Assembly (NCBI GenBank): GCA_002633005.1
Contig: NMRA01000062.1
Coordinates: 1,120,952 to 1,158,412 of the forward strand
Reading direction: 5' to 3'
Source of the DNA: Phoronis australis
Taxonomy: Eukaryota > Animalia > Phoronida
Length of the DNA: 37,461 bases
Shown: positions 1 through 8,932 of the stretch, piece after piece
How the letters are laid out: every line of letters begins with the position of its first letter
Position numbering within the stretch: the stretch's first letter is position 1
Position numbers and translations under genes: made by a program
Notes under the pieces: generated by a model
Told to the model about the DNA's origin: nothing
What the model saw: only the letters and a program-made list of their open reading frames with translations
Database searches by the model: none

Positions 1-1388
1 TATATCCCAATATTCCTTAGAATTTTTGGAGACATTTTTGATATTGGAGATAACTTTCATCTTATAGTCTTGCTTTGTCTTTTTAATTAGTTCTTCCACA
101 CTCTTGCACTGTTCTTTGTAGCACTTGAACGTGCATGGGTTATTTGATCTTCTGAACGATCTGTACAGTTTATTTCTTTTATTTATTTCAGACTTAATGT
201 TATTGTTAAACCACGGTTTGTTCTTGCTTTTTATTGTTTTCATGGTTGATGGGATATTATTATCTAATATGTTGTAGAGTGACTGTGTGAATATTGAGAC
301 TGCGTCATTTTTGTCACTTTTGTAAAGTATTTCAGTCCAGTTGAATGTGGTTATGTCAGAGCGCAGTTTGTCCCTGTTAATGAGGTTGTAATTCCAAATC
401 TTTGTGGTTCTTTAGGTGCGCAGTTGAGTGTGAATGTTGTTTCTATAACATGGTGGTCTGAGTTACCAATGGGAGGCCTTACAGAAGTGGATTCAATTAA
501 TCCGAGATTGTTTGTTATACATAAATCAAGGCAAGAATGTGAATACTTTGTTAAACGTGTCGGCTCGTTTATTAGTTGTATACAGTCATTTGTGAGGAGA
601 ATATCGAATAATTCGAGACCGGCTTGGTTGTCATTGTCTTCTGAGTACCAAGTACTATTTCTTGCTTTGAAATCCCCGTTGATAACAATTGTTTTATTAG
701 TTTGAGAGAGTTCTTGCAATTGTTCTGAAAAGGTTTTGAAATATGCTTTCCTTTCATGGGACGTCTGTGTTAGTGAGCGATATAGAAAAAACCGTAATAT
801 ACCTTTTTGTGGTTGACGTAAAGTTCAATCCAACACCTACTCATTGATTGTATAATTTTATCATCAATTGTTTTGTAATTTACGGAGTTGTGGACAAACA
901 AGATCCAACCCCCTCCCGGCGTTAGTGTGGTAGGCAATGTTGTATTCTCGAATAATAAGTGCACTGAGGTTGTCTTCGGACAGTGTTTCAGATTCACATA
1001 TAGCAATGACCATGTAATTGTTGTCTGTAATAACTTGCTTGAGAAGATCAAATCTTGAAAGATTGTTCGCCCTGATACTGTTGATATTAGTGAATAAGAC
1101 CTTGAAGCTGGCTAAACCCTGAGTGCCTGGTCCTGGATTGACCTCTATGTCACCAGCAGTCAAGAGACTTTGCTCAATGATAACTCGGATATCACAACAT
1201 GAGTTCTTCATTGTGCAGTAAACATTACGTAAGTGCTCAGTTCGGGGTCGTTTTCGTAGTAGAAGAGTGAGGTCGAGCGTAATAGACGAAAAGCAGTGGG
1301 GTATTTTTGTTTTCCAGACACCCGAACAATTATAATTATTATGTCTGTAGTTAGATACTGATAAATTCATACAGTTCATAATTAACAT
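1..1388 (-). mobile_element. Decayed non-LTR retrotransposon (LINE, CR1/L2-like): AP-endonuclease domain and post-endonuclease linker; runs off the left window edge
   Basis: Joined minus-strand frames give APE motifs: FTNINSIR, IAICESET, GGGWILFV, LYRS, VINGDF, LINEPTR, SCLDLCITN, GNSDHHVI. The linker KPWFNNNIKSEINKRNKLYR follows at ~160-215. Frameshifts near ~915, ~785 and ~395. Confidence 0.92.
1128..1166 (-). other. 2A-like ribosomal-skipping (StopGo) peptide LLTAGDIEVNPGP directly upstream of the LINE endonuclease
   Basis: Exact match to the D(V/I)ExNPGP consensus in ORF 864..1388, ~10 codons before the first APE motif. Confidence 0.85.
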
Positions 1389-2088
1389 GCTTATCTAACA
1401 AGAGAAAAAGAAGTATATACAAGTGCGTGAATAGACTAAAAGTAATGAAGTAAGGACAAAAGCTATGAACACTAGGGTAGGCATGAAAATTCCCACCACC
1501 ACTAATTTGATTACATTGAGATAGGCTAAATCTTGCAAATGGAAAACTGGTGGATTAGTAACATTAACAAGTGAAATGGATTGGCGTACTACGGATGTGA
1601 TATTAGTTCAAATAGATGAGAGTCAACGGGGTAAACAATTTGTACATATGTAGAACATTAATACTGTACTTTGGGATGGAAATATATTGCCAATTAAGTT
1701 GTCTTATTACGCATGACGCTGCCCGAGTCAAATAGAGCTCTGAGACAATGCAGTACTCGTTTGGCCGTTTTTAGCTTGAACGTTAATGGTGATAAAAATT
1801 GAAACGACTTAAAAAGCAAAGTTAACTGCTCTTCTGGGTCAATTAGCTACAGCCTACACGCATGGCTTCCTAATAACAATGAAACAACAAGGAGTAAAAT
1901 CAGAACATCTTTTATCTTAGTAATGAATATTTTTTAAAGTATTTCACGTCTCACATGTGTCATGATTATGAAACTACACTGAACTTGACAACGGTAGTTG
2001 TGTCATTCAGATACATGTACATGTACATGTATGTTACTTAATGATTCATTTTCATCTACAGATCAAGACTTCCATCAAGTGTGAATCA

Positions 2089-2624
2089 GTTGAATAACTA
2101 ACTCTGTGCGTAGAACCCAAAAAAATGATCATTGGTTTGGCTAACTGCGGAACGCCTGATCTCAAAAATGGCTAAATAAGATCCTATGAAAATTTCAGAC
2201 ATTACGATTCATGTACTGTTCTAAAAACGCCTTTAGGAATTGTTTTTAAGTTGCATTTGAGGCTTTCAATACAGGACGTTCATGACTTTTATATAAAAAT
2301 TTAAAAATTGCATAAAACGAAAATGAAATGATTATTTAGAAAACTAAAATCATTTTTGAGATTTCATCCTGAACATTTATACGGAAAAGAAATTTTAGCA
2401 TGTTATTTGTAATTGCACAGCTTGCATTTTGGGCTTAGTCTGTGCTATTATTCGTTTTCCTGACATGTATTGAAAGCCTCAAGGCGTTTTTAGAACAGTA
2501 CATGAATCGTAACGTCTGAAATTTTCATAGGAACTTATTTAACCATTTTTAAGATCAGGCGTTCCGGAGTTAGCCAAACTAATCATCATTTTTTGGGTTC
2601 TACGCGCAGAGTTACTTATTCAAC
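2089..2624. mobile_element. MITE/foldback non-autonomous DNA element with ~160-bp terminal inverted repeats
   Basis: 2089-2273 is the reverse complement of 2466-2624 (gttgaataa.taactctg.gcgtagaacccaaaa...catgtactgttctaaaaacgcc...gaggctttcaataca), with a ~26-bp indel in the left arm. AT-rich non-coding spacer; no clear TSD. Confidence 0.9.
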
Positions 2625-4184
2625 ACGCAGAAATGGTCATTCGTCGAAGGCTAAGGTTTGCATTTCGATGATTGTTGTTTCTTATTTCTATAATAAAAGT
2701 GCTATTGACTCTTTGAAGAAGAAATAAATTTTAAATAATAATATATATTAAAATTTCGGTTACGTTTAACTTTCGCTCAGGGATCGACAGCACATAAACT
2801 AACTTAATCCAAGAGATGGTCGCTTGTTAACCTGACAACTCTAATAGTTGTCCTTTATCCTAACCCTAAGATTCTTTAAGCACCCCTAATCCAATAGATA
2901 GATTGAAACTCCTTTACTCGAAATTGGGGAGCCTTCATTTGAACTAAACAAACTACACCCGGTCCATAGCGAGAAACAACACAGGAACAAAGTAACTTTT
3001 GAATAAAGCCGTCATCGCTCAGTACATATTTACAAGTCAGATCACAAATTTCTTTGTTACACAACTAATACACTCGTTCTTTTCTTCATATACCAGACAA
3101 CAAACGCAGAAAAAACTCCTATTTTAACAATTTTAGACTGAAGTTACTTGAGTGTATCAGCTCAACTTTCGCCAGATACCTCGGACGCAAACGTGAATAC
3201 CTGTAGAGGTCTGCGTGCATGCACAGAAACCAATAGACTGTTACAGAGGCCTTATACAACGGTAAAAGCCGCATTTCATGATTGATGAACAGTCTTCTCC
3301 AAATTTGATTGTGCTCGTTCAGTTGTGTTACGAATATCATAGATCCAATTCGTTGTTATTGAAAAATCAGTTTTACTGCTCTAAAAACAGAAAAGAAAAT
3401 TCCGATGACCAGACTGCTATTTTAGGCTTCGTTTGTTTCAGTCTCGGTCATCAAAAATAGCTCAAGCAAAATAGCGTCCCCGGCCAACAACATCAACCAA
3501 AAAAAATGTAATTAAAATTCCAGCTAAAACGTTTTGTTATAGGTTGACGTAGGGAATTTCATTTTTGCGACCGGTAGAAATTTGACTTGACAACCCTAAT
3601 AGTTTTCGTTTATGCTCGCAGAGTTCCTCAACTCTCGGTCGCTGTTAGCGAACTAAAATCTGCTTTTTTGCGATGGCGGTCCTTACCTCAAGTTCTGCAA
3701 ATCAGCACAGTTTCCACCGGTATTTTCCAGTGCTGTGATATACACAGGAAATGTTTCTATTACTATTTACAGTCCAGGAGCTAAGGCACGAAGATAGACC
3801 AAGAAAACTAAGAAATACATCGAAGCTTAAACGACGCACTACTGCAAAACTGTTGGCAAACTCGACCCATCCTGTCAATATTTTTTTTACACTCGCGTTG
3901 TGTTGTGAGCCGGTACAACGGAATGAAAAGAATCGGATGATCAAACTGAACTGAGTTGAGCTGTCTCAAACACGCAATGTGAACTCAAGGTTTAACTTTA
4001 TTATTTTCATGTTGATTGAATCTCTCGACCTACTTTATTACGATCATTGTCAATTTTCAGCGCATCATTTGTCGTGTCAAATATTGTTTGTGACTTGACA
4101 CTGACTGGTTTTCTTTTCAAGGAGCAAAAGCCAAGCATGTCCGAAAACGTGTTGTGTAAATCAAAATATGTCACATGTCATACC

Positions 4185-4336
4185 CACGGGCGGCGCAGCC
4201 CTGAACAAAGTGGAGGGGTTAAAGCCCCCTCAGCGGCCCCTGTGGTGCACCGCCTATAGACCACGTGCGGCGTAGCACTGAAAAAAGTGGGAAGCGGGGC
4301 TATAGCCCCCCAGCCCCCCATGGTGCGCCGCCCATG
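4185..4336. repeat. Two tandem ~75-bp GC-rich units, each with short terminal inverted repeats (mini-MITE-like)
   Basis: cacgggcggcgca...tgcaccgcctat followed by cacgtgcggcgta...tgcgccgcccatg, sharing a core ctgaa.aaagtgg...agcccc. Confidence 0.6.
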
Positions 4337-4832
4337 ATATCTTGTAAGCTCGCTAAATGTCGCAAGTCTAAACAGTTATTGAGGGACTGGGACGCGTGCG
4401 TCCAGGCATTGTTTCAATTTTTATATTCCCGGACGGCATTGTTTCCGACAAATTTTTGATATTTTTGCATGGGTCTGTTTTAACTTGTGTACTTTACAAA
4501 CTGAAAATTCTGATAAATTTTGAAATACAACTTTACTGGTTATTCAACACTTTCACAGATAATCTTAATCGGCGTGGGTACCCTGCTTGGCATAACAAAA
4601 AGCCGAAACACACGGTAACAAGACTTTGCCGCAATGATGCAAAAAGTTCATATATATGGAAAAAGTCGGTTATCCTACGTATGGTAAGGTGGGGCAAGAC
4701 GCCCAGGGAGGGTAAAATGCCTACTAAAATTAAAATAAAACGAAGCCCCATCTCACGGCGTCCATTTGGGTGAACATCCAGTGACACCTAGCGTACCTCT
4801 GGACGAGACACCGAAGCACACGATCAAACGGT

Positions 4833-5024
4833 AAGTGGGCAAGAAGGTCTGCCTCAGAGAAACAAAAAGTGCGAAAAAGTAGAAAACGAGACAAAGCTCT
4901 ACTAAAAGGGATTTACTATCACAATTCATAGCTCTGAACGTATCCCGTTTTTTCCCTTTTTAAGTAAAAGGTCCACAGTCTCAGAAATTCGAGCCCCCCA
5001 AATTATAGGCTGGGTGAGCGCATG
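4833..5024 (+). repeat. 5'-truncated, diverged copy of the dispersed repeat at 27999-28243
   Basis: Collinear shared blocks: aagtggg.aa.aaggtc.gcct, gaaacaaaaagt, agaaaacgagacaaa, attcgagccccc, aggctgggtg.gc.ca.g. Confidence 0.75.
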
Positions 5025-5577
5025 CAACATAGCTGCAAACCAGTGTTTCATAAAACCGAAAATTTTGTGTTTCCTCGGTCGCTCAGCGCTACCTGATGAC
5101 TCATCGCGCGCTTTTGTCCCGGCCACCAGGTGGAGAGACCGTCTCGCCCACGGCGCGTTGGTGTTGGCATACTAAGGAAGGTGCACTGTGTCCCGCAAAG
5201 TATTTCAAGCGCTCGAACGGGAGTTGGCATTCCCGAAGTTTCAATTACAATCCATAAACAGGCTACTCTCTGTTTCAGAAATTGATTGGTTAACTTCAAG
5301 GATGTGCTATGCCCCATGGTCAGCTGGAGATCATCCATGCGACACATCAAACAACTGTAAACTATCCAACGGAAACAATATCGCTTGAGTGACGGACACC
5401 TATGCAGCAATAAAAACACTGAAATTTGTACTTAATTTTGGACAATTGTCAAAACTAAAGGGAAGTAAAGCAAGCCTGCTGTGATGTTTTCAGCAGTTAT
5501 AAACACAGAATGAGTTTCCGTCAATCCCGAAAGACATCACCAAAATAGGAACATTTCAAACATCACATTCCAGACGA

Positions 5578-5696
5578 CCTTAATATGTTGTATGGCGTTT
5601 TTACGCGAAGTGTAAACGGAAACTTACGATCTCTCATGAGTTCTGGCAAAAGTCTCTGTTGAACCATCGGTGTAAAAACGCCGTAGGAAGTTAAGG
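5578..5696. repeat. Short imperfect palindrome (hairpin element)
   Basis: ccttaa...tatggcgtttttacgcga pairs with tcggtgtaaaaacgccgta...ttaagg. Confidence 0.55.
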
Positions 5697-5987
5697 AATT
5701 TTAGTGAAACATGAAGACTTTTGTAAGTACACACATTTTTTTAGGTCACCGACACCCAAAAACGAATGTGACTCCTTAATTCGGAAATTGCAAGTGAAAC
5801 TTGCTGGTGAATTAACAAAAATAAATTATCAGTATTGAAGGCACCGGAAGGAAGAAATCGGTACAGGCATCACTGATGTTGTGTTCAACTTAGGCTCGAA
5901 TGGACGTGCTATATTTAAATGTAAGTTTCGTTACAAGAAGACCACAATTAGACCGTGACTGACATCGAACCATTCGCTTTCTATGTA

Positions 5988-6380
5988 TGACGTCATTTTG
6001 AAATTTTGGACCCAGTCAAGTAAAATCAAATTGACAAATATGAAAACAATATTAGTAATCTGGCCGGACTTACCGTATTAAATTATTAAGCACTTCGAAA
6101 ATTAGTACCTGGACATGGATCCGGTCAGTCATAATCATTTCCAAACTTCCCGAGAGCATACAAAGAATACAACCGTTGTCGGAGCACGCCCATTAATCCT
6201 CCAAACACATACCTTTATAAAAATTCCAATTGCTAAATTGTCCCCATGGACATCTCAACCAGATAAAAATCCAAGACATGCAAAATTTTGGAACTTGTGG
6301 TGTGACTGGAGATATTTACTCACATGTTTGGGTTCAAATGGCGTCACGATAGCGACAGATACGTCATCACTAAACATTCG
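5988..6380. repeat. TGACGTCA/TTGGACCCA-containing inverted-repeat element remnant, related to 8289-8410
   Basis: 5988-6016 (tgacgtcattttgaaattttggacccagt) matches the reverse complement of 8362-8390. 6329-6375 matches the reverse complement of 8289-8337 (acgtcatcactaaac). Confidence 0.5.
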
Positions 6381-6773
6381 AATTTCCTGCCATTTGCCGA
6401 GGTGAAAACAAACTTAGCTTCGACGTGAAAATGGCGCTTGCCGAGCTATAGTTTAGCCTGTTCGATTGTTCTAGCGTTCGCTTGTCCACTACATAATATG
6501 TCTTTTAAAGGCGAAGGCAACCTTTTTTCATGTCATTTTGAGCTAAAATAAGGTTGGTTGGTTATCCTAGACATATTTTCCACTTAATTACAGCTTTTCG
6601 TAATTTTGTTAATTACTCGTCCGCTACTCCGGAAGTGACGTTTTAGGAGGCAAGCATTTCGCGCTAATTTCTTTTCATATAATGTGACTGTGAGAGATGC
6701 CGAGTCAGTCATTGTTCTACCTCGGTTGTGTTAAGTTACGTCGTCGTTTGCTTTGAATTACTAGTCAGTCAAC

Positions 6774-7560
6774 ATGCCACGCTGTTGCTGCGTACCGGGA
6801 TGTACTAATTATCGTCTCACGCGCGCTTTGGGAGTACCTTAGCATCGCTTTCCGATGGATGACACACTTCGCCGTAGTTGGCTCGTTCGCGTGAAGAACG
6901 CAGCGTTACCCGTCCACGCAACGTACAGAGCAGTCGAGAATTACCGTGTGTGTGGCATGCACTTTCTGCCGTCCGATTACGAAAGGGATTTGTATGCTGA
7001 ACTGATGAAGGTCCCTGCGAAACAACGCCTGAAGAAGGATGCCATTCCGTCTGTGTTGATTCCGGCAGTGCCCCGTCGCCACCCCCGAGAAGTGCGTTTT
7101 TGAAGAGAGAAGCCTCGCGAGCTGTGGCCAGTACAGTGACTGGAGCCAGTGGAGGCACTTCATCCACTGTCACCCGTGCTTCCGAACGTACCCCAGAGCG
7201 TGCCATTCCTGGAACCAGTAGTGATTCACCCTGTTCTGTTTTCTCCAGCCCAGAGCCTCTAAGCAGCCCTGCAGCAATATTGAGTAGTGGGAGTGATTAC
7301 AGGCACAGTTGGACACCCAGTGAAGAGGACAGTTCGTCGTCCACTGAACAGATCGGTGAGCCAAACTTTGATCAGTTTATTGTGGACTTGTCTAAAGTGT
7401 TGGAGCTATTTAGAAGGTGCCAAGTGTGTGACGATGGAGTCACACGACACGATGTAAGCAGTTTGGGTGCTCGGGTCACCATCCAGTGGAAGTGTGTCGC
7501 AGGACACTCTGGCAAGTGGGACAGTTGTTCCTCTGTCCGTGGTATGCCGGAGGTCCACTT
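6774..7560 (+). pseudogene. THAP-domain transposase N-terminal part, disrupted
   Basis: ATG 6774: MPRCCCVPGCTN...*HRFP...RRSWL...RVCGMHF...RLKKDAIPSV (C2CH THAP zinc finger with AVPTIF-like box). In-frame TAG at 6840-6842 and a frameshift near the C-run at ~7082. Then RSAFLKRE, a Ser-rich linker and FIVDLSKVLELFRRCQVC...WKCVAGHSGKWDS. No DDE core is present. Confidence 0.85.
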
Positions 7561-7647
7561 AACCGTGTCCAGTAGTGGCTTGGCTTCGTCGAACTCTGAA
7601 CAGCACAAGCATTCCATTGAGGTAGGCATAACAACGCACACAGTGCA
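7555..7647 (-). pseudogene. Fragment of a P2X7 C-terminal (ballast/Zn-binding)-like, KolX-like protein
   Basis: CTVCVVMPTSMECLCCSE fits the CxxCxxMPTxxECxCCxE motif of P2X7-intracellular-domain-like proteins. Truncated by the n at 7650 and by the deletion junction. Confidence 0.7.
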
Positions 7648-8288
7648 TTNCCCCCCCCCCCCCTTGGCTGCCGCAAAAAAATAAAACAGCAAGAGCGTAG
7701 GGAAATGTTGACGTTAATTAACCTTTAAATTATACGGCTGAAACAAGATTTAAGTGTGTGCAGTTTTAGTGTTGGGGGGTGGGCTCAGATCCAATTTCAA
7801 GTGTCAAATTCGGAACACGGCGCAATCGTACATGTAACGGAACTATGGCTAAGTATAGGCTCTCCCGCGATATTTCAGGCAGTGGAGCTGGGCACTACGA
7901 TTCCGTTTCCGTCGTCTATGCAATGAAGAAAATTACTTCATTTTTTAAAGTAAATGGAATCTTTGTGATGATGAAAAAACAGAAGCTGCTGGTGAGATGT
8001 AAATTTTAATCGAAGCCTTAGTGAATCACTCAGAAACTCATAATTATCTCTTTGTCAAGCCTTAACTTAAGACGATTTCCAAAGCAATCGCGTCATTATT
8101 GCCAACACAAAAAACGGATTTTGGTCTTTTGGGCTATTTAAGACCTGATGACTGCAGCATTAAGGTTGGAAATTCGAGTCTTAACTCGATATTTCTAGTT
8201 TTTACTCGAAATTACCAGTTTTTACTCTAGTTTCTGGGTCATGAAGTGCACACTTGTACAAGAAACGCATATGCATAAGCCATTCAGA

Positions 8289-8410
8289 AGTTTAGTGATG
8301 ACGTGTCATGGTAATAGATGACGCAATTTGGACCCGGTAATAAGAATAGACATGCCGACACACTGGGTCCAAAACGTCATAATGACGTCAAAGTGACGCC
8401 TTGCTAAACA
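8289..8410. repeat. Hairpin-like repeat, same family as 5988-6380
   Basis: gtttagtgatgacgt...atttggacccgg and ctgggtccaaaa...gacgccttgctaaac form imperfect inverted arms around a ~25-bp loop. Confidence 0.5.
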
Positions 8411-8932
8411 TTCCTATTATTTATTTGAGCACAAAATAATAGAAACTCATCTTTAGTTTGCATAAAAGCACAATAAAAAATGACAAAAATAATTTCGATT
8501 TCTATTTCGAGTAAAAAGATTAGACACCGACTCGGACATAGTTTTGAAAATAGGAAAATATTACGGTCATTGTAATTGTTTGAAAATTATACCAAATTTC
8601 ATTCGAATTTTCAGTGATTTTTTGAAAAAATCTTTTGCCTTTTTGGAAACATTCATATAAAAATGTGCACAACCAATTAAACTTTAATTTTTACTCAATA
8701 GAAAGTTACAGCTTTGAAGAAGAATGCTTACCGATAACATTTCAAAATTCAAGAACTCCACCGGCGTTAATGCATGCTTGGCTATTTGGAAAAAATTATT
8801 TTTTCCAGGTTTTGGTAGACTGGCTTTATTAAACAGATTGATTTTCATTTGATCAACATATTTAGTATCATACAATACAGATAATTGTATAGTCGAAATA
8901 CACACATAAATAAAACAATCGGTTAAATAAAC

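Larger units (their letters stand above)
6509..7649 (+). mobile_element. Internally deleted Kolobok-like DNA transposon; right end lost at the assembly break (n at 7650)
   Basis: TTAA (6505-6508) followed by AGGCGAAGGCAACC as the putative left end. THAP-transposase N-terminus on + strand and a convergent Cys-rich KolX/P2X7-C-terminal-like fragment on - strand. Superfamily is assigned from recalled family organisation; the right TIR was not found. Confidence 0.65.

Noticed and set aside
2876-5419. Short ORFs as possible 5' mucin exons or transposase remnants (e.g. 4396..4773, 5048..5419, 5188..5388)
   Set aside because: No recognisable domain, signal peptide or consistent splice-site pair could be supported by eye.
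7700-7730. acctttaa as the right end of the Kolobok-like element
   Set aside because: Beyond CCT-TTAA it does not match the reverse complement of the left end AGGCGAAGGCAACC, and it lies across an assembly break.
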